From contig CALEJV010000003.1 in NCBI GenBank assembly GCA_937898545.1, forward strand, positions 253,193 through 317,192: 64,000 bases of DNA. Reading direction: 5' to 3'. Source of the DNA: an uncultured Candidatus Saccharibacteria bacterium. Its GTDB lineage: Bacteria; Patescibacteriota; Saccharimonadia; Saccharimonadales; Saccharimonadaceae. Position numbers and translations under genes: made by a program. The first letter of the stretch is position 1, and the number at the start of each line of letters is the position of its first letter. Shown here piece by piece: positions 1 to 8,536 of the stretch. A model generated the notes under the pieces. That model saw only the letters and a program-made list of their open reading frames with translations. It was not told the DNA's origin and did no database searches.

Positions 1-1485
1 AGCAATGACGATCGTTGTATCAACCAAAAAGTCCGGGTTAGCCGTGGCCAAACCGTTGCGAAGGGCGACACGCTCATCGAGGGCGCGTCCATTGCCGATG
101 GTGAGCTCGCCCTCGGTAAGGACTTGCTGGTAGCCTTTATGCCGTGGGGCGGCTACAACATGGACGACGCAGTAATTTTGAGCCGCCGCTTGGTAGAGGA
201 TGATACCCTTACCAGCATTAATATCAAGGACTACACCGTCGAGGTGCGTGAGACAAAACTTGGCCCAGAGATCGTGACGCGCGATATTCCCAATGTGAGT
301 GAGGATAGCCTTCGCCACTTGGATGAGAGCGGTATTGTGCAGATTGGCTCTGAGGTCAAGGCGGGCGATGTTTTGGTCGGCAAGATTACACCAAAGGGTG
401 AGCAAGAGCTCAGCAGTGAGGAGCGCTTGCTGCGTGCAATCTTTGGTGAAAAGGCCAAGGATGTGCGCGACACCAGCCAGCGCATGAACAATGCTGGTGG
501 CGGTAAAGTTGTTGGCGTCAAGGTATTTAGCCGCGAGAATGGCCACGAGCTCAAGACGGGCGTATTGATGCAGATTCAGATCTTTGTCGCGCAATTGCGC
601 AAGATTGGTGTTGGTGACAAGATGGCTGGCCGCCACGGTAACAAGGGTGTGTGTGCCCGCGTTATGGCGGTAGAGGATATGCCATACCTAGCTGATGGTA
701 CTCCTGTTGATGTCATCCTTAACCCGCTTGGTGTGCCAAGCCGTATGAACCTTGGCCAGCTCTTTGAGACGCACCTCGGCATGGCTGCACGAGCACTCGG
801 CTACAAGGTTGCCACGCCGCCGTTCAACGGTGTGCCAGCCGATACCATCAAGGATGAGCTTGAAAAGGCTGGCATTGCGCGCGACGGCAAGAGCCAACTC
901 TACGATGGCCTGAGCGGTGAGCCATTCGAGGAGCGTACAACAGTCGGCGTGATGCATATGATCAAACTCCACCACATGGTGAGCGACAAGATCCACGCCC
1001 GCAGCACTGGCCCGTACACTATGGTGACTCAGCAGCCACTCGGTGGTAAGGCTCAAAATGGTGGCCAGCGCCTCGGAGAGATGGAGGTTTGGGCACTCGA
1101 AGCTTACGGTGCTGCGACCACTCTACAGGAGATGCTGACAATTAAATCAGACGACGTGTATGGCCGAGCCAAAGCCTACGAGGCAATCATCAAGGACGAG
1201 CCAATTGCCGGGCCAAAGCTACCTGAGAGCTTTAACGTGCTTGTCAAGGAGCTGCAAGGTTTGGGTCTGCGTGTTGACCTGCTGGATGAGTCTGACGAGT
1301 CGGTTGATGCCGAGCATGTCATTGCTGCTGCAGGCCCTGCTGACAAAACCGTCCCATCTGACGAGAGCGATGACGAAGCAACCTATCTTGATGAATCCGA
1401 CGGCATTGGCACGATCGCTGATGACAGCGGCATGTCCGTCCAAGATATTGACACAGTAGAAAACCTAAGCGAGGAGGAAGCCTAA
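1..1485 (+). CDS. rpoB: RNA polymerase beta subunit, 3' part (gene begins before the window)
   Basis: Frame open from base 1 ([10 protein letters not shown]...[16 protein letters not shown]). Contains [24 protein letters not shown] and [12 protein letters not shown]. Ends in an acidic tail of about 65 aa. Confidence 0.99.
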   Translation, partial: SNDDRCINQKVRVSRGQTVAKGDTLIEGASIADGELALGKDLLVAFMPWGGYNMDDAVILSRRLVEDDTLTSINIKDYTVEVRETKLGPEIVTRDIPNVSEDSLRHLDESGIVQIGSEVKAGDVLVGKITPKGEQELSSEERLLRAIFGEKAKDVRDTSQRMNNAGGGKVVGVKVFSRENGHELKTGVLMQIQIFVAQLRKIGVGDKMAGRHGNKGVCARVMAVEDMPYLADGTPVDVILNPLGVPSRMNLGQLFETHLGMAARALGYKVATPPFNGVPADTIKDELEKAGIARDGKSQLYDGLSGEPFEERTTVGVMHMIKLHHMVSDKIHARSTGPYTMVTQQPLGGKAQNGGQRLGEMEVWALEAYGAATTLQEMLTIKSDDVYGRAKAYEAIIKDEPIAGPKLPESFNVLVKELQGLGLRVDLLDESDESVDAEHVIAAAGPADKTVPSDESDDEATYLDESDGIGTIADDSGMSVQDIDTVENLSEEEA

Positions 1486-1486
1486 G

Positions 1487-4400
1487 ATGTCCCACGTGGT
1501 AACAGATCACGATATCGCCAATTTTGATGCGGTACGCTTGGCCGTCGCCAGCCCCGAGGATATCCTCAAGTGGAGCTACGGCGAAGTCACCAAGCCGGAG
1601 ACGATTAACTATCGAACCCAGAAGCCTGAGCGCGATGGCCTGTTTTGTGAGCGAATTTTTGGCCCAGTCAAAGATATCAACCCACACGACAGCAAGCTCA
1701 AGGGTGTGCGCAGCCGCGAAGCTGCAGTAGACAAGAATGGCGAGCTTGTCACCAAGTCGATCGTGCGCCGCGAGCGGATGGGGCACATTAGCTTGGCCAC
1801 CCCTGTTGCGCATATTTGGTTTATGCGCGGCACGCCCAGTGCAATGAGCCTCTTGCTAGGTATTACGGTGCGCAATCTCGAGAAGATCGCCTACTTTGCT
1901 ACCTATGTCATCCTCGACGTCGACGCTGAAACACGCGACGCTTATTTGACTGACCTTGAGGCTGAGACTGAGGCGGCACGGGCTGCCATCAAGATTCGCT
2001 TTCAGCGTGAAGCTGAAGCTGATGGGGCAGACGTGAAGGCTCTTGCTGAGCAGCAAACACGCGAGTACGAAGAGCTTGAGGCAACCTACAGCCAAAAGAA
2101 AGCCCAGCTCGAGAGTCTGCAAAAGTGCGCCCTCCTAAGCGATACCGACTATCGCAACTTACCCGAAGAGTATGAAGAGCTCGTGAAGGTTGGTATGGGT
2201 GGTGATGCCCTCAAGGCGCTCCTTGATGATATCGACCTCGACGCGCTTATCGCCGATCTGCAAGAAGAAGCCGAAGGCGCGCGTGGTCAACGCGAGAAGA
2301 AGCTCCTTAAGCGCCTTAAGGTGCTGGAGGGTATGCAAGCGGCAGGTATTAAACCATCGAGCCTGTGTATGACGGTTTTGCCAGTCATTCCACCAGATTT
2401 GCGGCCAATGGTAGCCTTGAGTGGTGGACGCTTTGCGACGAGTGATCTCAACGACCTCTACCGCCGCGTCATCAACCGTAATAACCGTCTCAAGAAGCTC
2501 ATCGAGCTCAACGCACCAGAGGTAATTCAACGCAACGAGAAGCGTATGCTGCAAGAAGCGGTCGATAGCCTGATTGATAACTCGGCTGCTCGTGGTGGCC
2601 GTGCTGTCAACGCAACTGGTGGCCGCCGCCGCCTTAAGAGCATTAGCGATATGCTTAAGGGTAAGCAAGGGCGCTTCCGCCAGAACTTGCTGGGTAAGCG
2701 CGTCGACTACTCGGGCCGTTCGGTCATCGTGGTGGGCCCGAAGCTCAAGATTCACCAGTGTGGTTTGCCAAAGCAGATGGCAATTGAGCTCTTCAAACCA
2801 TTTGTCATCAGCTGGCTTATCAAGGGCGATTACGCTCACAACATCCGTAGTGCAACGCGCCTAATTGAGGCAGGTGAAGCGGTTGTGTGGGATGCATTGG
2901 ATGAGGTAATCAAGGGCAAGTATGTCCTGCTTAACCGTGCGCCATCACTACACCGCTTGAGTATCCAAGCCTTCCAGCCAAAGCTGGTTGAGGGTAAGGC
3001 GATCCAGCTTCACCCGCTCGTCGCTAACGGCTTTAATGCCGACTACGATGGCGACCAGATGGCTGTCCACTTGCCGCTCAGCGCCGAAGCACAGGCCGAA
3101 GCACGCGAGCTGATGAGTGCCGTCAATAACCTGCTTAAGCCTGCCGACGGGAGTCCTGTCCTCAGTATCGACCAGGACGTGGTGCTCGGTAACTACTACC
3201 TCACATATGAGAAGCCTTCGGCTCAGACTGATACTGTCGCTGTCTTTGCCGACAGCCGGGCTGCTGAGCTAGCCTACGACATGGGCAAGCTCCACCTGCA
3301 GAGCCCGATTCGCATCCGGGCTAAGGGTGAAATCCGGACGACTACCTTGGGGCGTGTCTTCTTTAACGAGATCCTGCCAGAGGACTTCCCTTACAACAAC
3401 AACGTCCAGACCAAGAAAGAGCTTAAGCGGGTACTTGGTCAGATCTTCGAGCGTTATGGCGCTGCTGAGACTGCTATCACTGCTGACCGCATGAAGGGCT
3501 TGGCCTTCCGCTTTGCCACCACTGCTGCGGTGTCGACTGGTATGGAAGACTATCTCAGCTTCGACGAAATTGCTGACTTCGTGGCTGAGGGTGACGCACG
3601 CTCTGCTGCGATCTCGGAGCAGCTCGACCAAGGGCTCATTACCGAGGATGAGCGCTACACATTGACCGTCAACAACTGGCGCACCGTCGACCGCAAGGTA
3701 GAGGATTTCCTGCGCAGCCAGTTGGCCCACATGGACACCTCTGTCGCAACGATGGTGAACTCTGGTGCTCGTGGTAGCGTCAACAATATTAAGCTAGCGA
3801 GTGCGATGATCGGTATCCAGGTGGATGCTGCCAACCGCGAGATTGAGCTGCCAGTGCGTAGCAACTTCAAGCGAGGGTTGTCGAGCCTGGAAGCTTTCGT
3901 GGCAACGCGTGGTGCTCGCAAGGGGCTTATCGATACCGCCCTCAAGACGGCCGACTCTGGCTATCTCACGCGTCGCTTGGTCGATGTCTCGCAGGATGTC
4001 TTTACTGTTGAGGATGAAGAGGGCGATGACGATGGCTTCACTATCTATCGCAATGAGTCTGAGGAGACGATGATCGAGTTTGGCAACCGCTTGTTTGGCC
4101 GCTACACCGCCGAGGCAGTGCCAGGCCACCTCGACCGCGACCAGCTCATTACACGTGAGATTGCCAACGCTATCGAGGCAGATCAGTCGATCGACCAAGT
4201 ACGTATCCAGTCTGTCCTCTCTACTAAGAACTTGCACGGTATTCCACGTAAGAGTTACGGGATCGATATGGCAACTGGCCAACTCGTCGATGGTTCGCAG
4301 CCAGTTGGGGTTATTGCCGCGCAGTCGGTCGGTGAGCCAGGTACACAGCTGACGCTTAATACCTTCCACAGCTCTGGTGTTGGTGGGTCAGACATCACCC

Positions 4401-5359
4401 AGGGTCTGCCGCGTGTCGAGGAGCTCTTTGAGGCACGTAACCCGAAAGGTCAGGCCTACGTCACAGAAGTCGCTGGTTTGGTCGATATCTGGGAAGATGG
4501 CAAGAAGTACGTTGTACAGGTCACGCCACAAGCAGGTAAGGTAGAGCGTATGCCGCTCGATGGCCGCATGGTGATGGTACAATCGGGCAGCAAGGTCAAG
4601 GTTGGCGACGTCATCGCGTCATTCGACGATGGCACACAGCCACTCACTGCACCGTTTGATGGAGTGGTTGAGTCCACCGGTGATTCGCTTGTCCTCACAG
4701 GCAACGCGACAGCACCAGTCCGCTACGAAATCCCTGGCACGATGTATCTTGTCGTTAAGCCAGGCGATATGGTCGAGCCAGGCGATCGCCTGACACTTGG
4801 TTCGCTCAACCTGCACGACCTCATGCGCCTCAAGGGCACAGAGGCAACCCAGCGCTACATCATCAACGAAGTACTTCGTATCTATGCTGCGCAGGGCCAG
4901 GATGTGGCTGGCAAGCACCTTGAGATCATCGTCCGGCAGATGTTTAGCCGGGTGCAGATTGATGATCCAGGCGACAGCACCTTCGTCATGGGCGACATCA
5001 TCTCCAAGGCATCAGTGGTTGATGCCAACAAGGAGCTTGTTGCCCAGGGCAAAACACCAGCCCAGTATGCACAGCTGCTGCTTGGTATCACCAAGGTGAG
5101 TATCTGGAGTGATAGCTGGCTGTCTGCTGCGTCGTTCCAAGACACAACTCGCGTGCTGATCAACGCTGCCACCAGTGGCCGCGCCGACCACCTCAAGGGT
5201 CTTAAGGAGAACGTCATCATCGGCAACAAAGTGCCGGTTGGTACGGGTGCGCATCCACTGCCGCTTGAGAAAAATGACTCTCCGGAGGATGAGTTTGTCG
5301 CCGAAGCCCAGGCCGAAGAGGCTGAGCCAGAAGTGACAATTGCTACTGATGAGCTGTAG
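1487..5359 (+). CDS. rpoC: RNA polymerase beta' subunit
   Basis: GKQGRFRQNLLGKRVDYSGRSVI, catalytic NADYDGDQM, bridge helix GARKGLIDTALKTADSGYLTRRL, trigger loop GEPGTQLT, SAASFQDT. Confidence 0.99.
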   Translation: MSHVVTDHDIANFDAVRLAVASPEDILKWSYGEVTKPETINYRTQKPERDGLFCERIFGPVKDINPHDSKLKGVRSREAAVDKNGELVTKSIVRRERMGHISLATPVAHIWFMRGTPSAMSLLLGITVRNLEKIAYFATYVILDVDAETRDAYLTDLEAETEAARAAIKIRFQREAEADGADVKALAEQQTREYEELEATYSQKKAQLESLQKCALLSDTDYRNLPEEYEELVKVGMGGDALKALLDDIDLDALIADLQEEAEGARGQREKKLLKRLKVLEGMQAAGIKPSSLCMTVLPVIPPDLRPMVALSGGRFATSDLNDLYRRVINRNNRLKKLIELNAPEVIQRNEKRMLQEAVDSLIDNSAARGGRAVNATGGRRRLKSISDMLKGKQGRFRQNLLGKRVDYSGRSVIVVGPKLKIHQCGLPKQMAIELFKPFVISWLIKGDYAHNIRSATRLIEAGEAVVWDALDEVIKGKYVLLNRAPSLHRLSIQAFQPKLVEGKAIQLHPLVANGFNADYDGDQMAVHLPLSAEAQAEARELMSAVNNLLKPADGSPVLSIDQDVVLGNYYLTYEKPSAQTDTVAVFADSRAAELAYDMGKLHLQSPIRIRAKGEIRTTTLGRVFFNEILPEDFPYNNNVQTKKELKRVLGQIFERYGAAETAITADRMKGLAFRFATTAAVSTGMEDYLSFDEIADFVAEGDARSAAISEQLDQGLITEDERYTLTVNNWRTVDRKVEDFLRSQLAHMDTSVATMVNSGARGSVNNIKLASAMIGIQVDAANREIELPVRSNFKRGLSSLEAFVATRGARKGLIDTALKTADSGYLTRRLVDVSQDVFTVEDEEGDDDGFTIYRNESEETMIEFGNRLFGRYTAEAVPGHLDRDQLITREIANAIEADQSIDQVRIQSVLSTKNLHGIPRKSYGIDMATGQLVDGSQPVGVIAAQSVGEPGTQLTLNTFHSSGVGGSDITQGLPRVEELFEARNPKGQAYVTEVAGLVDIWEDGKKYVVQVTPQAGKVERMPLDGRMVMVQSGSKVKVGDVIASFDDGTQPLTAPFDGVVESTGDSLVLTGNATAPVRYEIPGTMYLVVKPGDMVEPGDRLTLGSLNLHDLMRLKGTEATQRYIINEVLRIYAAQGQDVAGKHLEIIVRQMFSRVQIDDPGDSTFVMGDIISKASVVDANKELVAQGKTPAQYAQLLLGITKVSIWSDSWLSAASFQDTTRVLINAATSGRADHLKGLKENVIIGNKVPVGTGAHPLPLEKNDSPEDEFVAEAQAEEAEPEVTIATDEL

Positions 5360-5378
5360 GGAGTAGCTAGTCTAGAGC

Positions 5379-5412
5379 AGAAGAGCCCCACTTGAGAGAG
5401 TGGGGCTCTTCT
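5379..5412. terminator. Bidirectional intrinsic terminator between rpoC and the convergent oxidoreductase
   Basis: Perfect 14-bp stem AGAAGAGCCCCACT / AGTGGGGCTCTTCT with a 6-nt loop. Confidence 0.8.
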
Positions 5413-5455
5413 TGTATAGCAGTAATGCTCTGATGCTAACTATGATTAAAAGTAA

Positions 5456-6766
5456 TTACATACGGTCACTAACGTGTGCCAGTACGCGGGTTGCTGCCTG
5501 GGCTCCGCTTACTGCAGCACCCTCGAGGTGGGGCGCTTTCATATAGTCTCCGGCAAGAAAGACACCTGATGGGAGTCCATCTTCAAATCGTGCAGCAGTT
5601 GTTCGTGTAACGCTGCCGACATCAAATACTGGAATTGCAGTATCCCATCGCACGACGTCTACCACCTCACCACGACGCGCAGCGTCAGCTACGGGTGGCA
5701 AGTTCATTCTAGTCAGCTGGTTGACAAGTTCTCGCTGGAGATGCTGCTGTTCTAGGCTACCTTGCGCCCGCCAATAGAATCGAATATATGCATGCTTACT
5801 CTTTGCCTGAATTACCTTAATTGCGACAAGTGGTGTGACATACTCACTTGAAATGACGATCGTTCGATTGCCAACGCCAAGGTCATCAGAAACGGATGTT
5901 TTAATTATGCCGACTGTGACTGAACTATAGTCAATTGCTTTCAGACTTTTGCTGCAATGCAGACCGCCGTCTGTCAGGATACGAATTGCATTTCGTGCAG
6001 GTGATGCGACAACAACAGATTTAGCGCTAAATGTACCTTGTGATGTATCGACCCGATAGAGGTGGTGGCTTTCAGCACGGACTGCATCAACCTGTGCATT
6101 TAATACATGAGGTACCTTATCGCCGATTGCGGATGGCAGACTACTCATTCCGAAAGGTAGACGATAGAAATGCCGGTCTTCCATGACGCCCTTAATAATT
6201 GGAGGTACCAATCCGCGTGATGTATGTGCACAATCCCAGAAGAATAGTGCGCGCACCATTGGTTCGAGCACATTTTGGTAGGCCTCTTTCCCAAACGCCT
6301 TTTCTCCCCATGTTACAACGGTTTCATTATCAAATCGTTTTAATTCGCGCGTAATAGCTGGTGTTGTCAGCCGCTTCGCATCAAAGAGCATAGAAACGAC
6401 TCCGCGTAGTGCGCGTAACTTGCCAGCGCGAGATAACGACGGCGAGGCTTTGAGTGCGCTCAACGGCCAAATTGGGCCAAGCGGCTTCGTAGGACGATAG
6501 AGCCATGTCTCTTGGCTGTCCTTCTGAGAGGAAGCATCCATACCGCAATCTTTGACGAGTTTGTGGGCAGTCTCATAAAAACCAGCAAGAAATGATGCAC
6601 CGGTTTCGATAGTGACATCTTCATCATAGAAAGACCGTATGCGTCCGCCAAGACGGTCATTCTTTTCGAGTACTTTGACGTGTAACCCACTATCTGTGAG
6701 ATGTGCTGCGCAGGTTAATCCTGCCATGCCTCCGCCAATGATGATGCAGTCGTAGGGTGTGTTCAT
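5456..6766 (-). CDS. FAD-dependent oxidoreductase (amine oxidase / protoporphyrinogen oxidase-like)
   Basis: N-terminal Rossmann IIIGGGMAGL...VLEKNDRLGGR, ETGASF, and C-terminal FLAGDY...LEGAAVSG. Confidence 0.85.
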   Translation of the reverse strand: MNTPYDCIIIGGGMAGLTCAAHLTDSGLHVKVLEKNDRLGGRIRSFYDEDVTIETGASFLAGFYETAHKLVKDCGMDASSQKDSQETWLYRPTKPLGPIWPLSALKASPSLSRAGKLRALRGVVSMLFDAKRLTTPAITRELKRFDNETVVTWGEKAFGKEAYQNVLEPMVRALFFWDCAHTSRGLVPPIIKGVMEDRHFYRLPFGMSSLPSAIGDKVPHVLNAQVDAVRAESHHLYRVDTSQGTFSAKSVVVASPARNAIRILTDGGLHCSKSLKAIDYSSVTVGIIKTSVSDDLGVGNRTIVISSEYVTPLVAIKVIQAKSKHAYIRFYWRAQGSLEQQHLQRELVNQLTRMNLPPVADAARRGEVVDVVRWDTAIPVFDVGSVTRTTAARFEDGLPSGVFLAGDYMKAPHLEGAAVSGAQAATRVLAHVSDRM

Positions 6767-6835
6767 ATATTTATGATATCACTAAGTTTAAATAAGTTAG
6801 TGTAGTATCAGCTATATGTGCGATCAACACACTAA

Positions 6836-7807
6836 CTACTGATACTTCGGCATCTCTACCGTCACTACTTCGCCTTTGCTGAGATCGCGGCATTTGTCGC
6901 CTTCGTAGACTTGCCGTAAGTCGACTTTCTTGGCGTTGCGGAGCTGGACTTTATAGACATCACATGTGAGCATATCGTTTTGGCGGATCTGGAAGAATAC
7001 CCAGCGCCCATCGCTTGATTGATAAAACAACGCTGTCCCTTGCGAATTAAAGAGGTGCGACTCGGGTTGTACACCACCCAGCGGTATCTCTGCTAAGCGA
7101 TAGCCTGCAAGTTTACTCTCGCGCACCGTCATCATGCCGACAATGCCGACGTTATAACTCGAACTTGCAGCAGGCGAGTAGGCATTGTAGAGAGGAGCTT
7201 GCTGCTTGGCGAGGTCTTTGTAATCGGCAGCATCAAGGCATTTAAACTCAACGAAGCGAGTTTCCTTGTTTTTCGGGTCATTTGGGTCAAGTGGGGTATT
7301 GCTAATCTGGCACGTTACGTCGCCATTGCTACGCGTAAAGTCTGCGAGGTACGGGCCGTCTTTATCGCCATCTTGCACGACATAGCGCGTGAATTGATCA
7401 TAGTCGAGCATGTGCTCTAGAGCGGTAACGTTGCGCTTGGCCTCAGCCTTGGGCAGGGTAGCGGCAGCACTCTTAGTTTTGCTTGGGTCGGTAGCAATAG
7501 AATAAAAGCGAGAACCTTCGGCCTTGACCGGTGTTGACAGTGATGACTTAACGGCTTCTGTGCCCTTAAAGTACTTCTTGGCACGCTCGAGCGTCTTGGC
7601 GGCGGTGAGCTGCTCCCGTGGGCCAGTTTTTGCCTCGGTGTGCTGTTCGGTGTTCTTGACTTTGTGTGGCCGAGTTGCGATATAAATAATCCCTGCCGCA
7701 ATAGCAACAACCGCCAAACCAGCCAAAGCAAAGCGGATGGCCAACCCACGCGGTGTTAGGCGTGAGCGTCGATATTGAGGTGAGGAGGATGATCCACTGA
7801 ATAGCAT
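6836..7807 (-). CDS. Membrane-anchored extracellular hypothetical protein
   Basis: Basic N-terminus, one hydrophobic helix (FALAGLAVVAIAAGIIYIA), then a soluble domain with 4 Cys. Start moved to the ATG at 7807 because TATAAT lies 6 nt upstream. Confidence 0.75.
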   Translation of the reverse strand: MLFSGSSSSPQYRRSRLTPRGLAIRFALAGLAVVAIAAGIIYIATRPHKVKNTEQHTEAKTGPREQLTAAKTLERAKKYFKGTEAVKSSLSTPVKAEGSRFYSIATDPSKTKSAAATLPKAEAKRNVTALEHMLDYDQFTRYVVQDGDKDGPYLADFTRSNGDVTCQISNTPLDPNDPKNKETRFVEFKCLDAADYKDLAKQQAPLYNAYSPAASSSYNVGIVGMMTVRESKLAGYRLAEIPLGGVQPESHLFNSQGTALFYQSSDGRWVFFQIRQNDMLTCDVYKVQLRNAKKVDLRQVYEGDKCRDLSKGEVVTVEMPKYQ

Positions 7808-7885
7808 AGTGTTATTATACACTGCCAGCTAGGTTGGCAGCAATGGCTCTTGCCTAAACGCAAGGTACTTCGTATAATGCAAAGC

Positions 7886-8410
7886 ATGAGCGCTATGAAA
7901 AATCGGTTAATGCAGAAAAAACACGCTGGCTATACTGTGGTAGAGTTGCTGGTTGTGATCGTTATTATTGCCATCCTTGCTACATTGACACTCGTCTCGT
8001 ACCAACGTATCCAAGCCGGTGCACAGGGGCGAACCCGCGTGGCCGACCTCACAGCAATGCGCCAAGCGCTTGATCGCTACTATACCAAAAATGGTACATA
8101 CCCGGTTGCTCAGACTGCTGGTAGTACCACCCCCACCTACCAGCGTCGCGATAGTGCCACATTTTTGCGCCAATTAGTGCCGACCTACATTACCACGCTT
8201 CCCAGCGTCACCCAGGGTAGTACCACTGATGCAACTAGCAACACCTACCTATATGTCACCAATGCTCAGCAAACCGAATATAAGCTGCTCTATGTCAACA
8301 CAAGCGGCTTACCACCAGGTGAGTATGATGCTGTGCCTCAAGCAATGCGCACCACCGCGCCAGACCGCTACGGGGTATGGTCAAAAAACGGCGAACGGCT
8401 CCCTGGCTAG
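7886..8410 (+). CDS. Type IV pilin / type II secretion pseudopilin (GspG-like)
   Basis: Class III signal peptide KKHAG|YTVVELLVVIVIIAILATL with Glu+5, followed by R..DL..M..AL..YY...GTYP. TATAAT lies 7 nt upstream. Confidence 0.9.
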   Translation: MSAMKNRLMQKKHAGYTVVELLVVIVIIAILATLTLVSYQRIQAGAQGRTRVADLTAMRQALDRYYTKNGTYPVAQTAGSTTPTYQRRDSATFLRQLVPTYITTLPSVTQGSTTDATSNTYLYVTNAQQTEYKLLYVNTSGLPPGEYDAVPQAMRTTAPDRYGVWSKNGERLPG

Positions 8411-8536
8411 CAGGAGTAGATGGATTCATCAGGGGTGATAATTACTCTACCGCCCACATCCAATCCATGCTATAATCAATCGTTGAGAGTTGTATTACTC
8501 ATGCTAAAAAACACGTAAGGAGAGAAGGAGCCCCCT

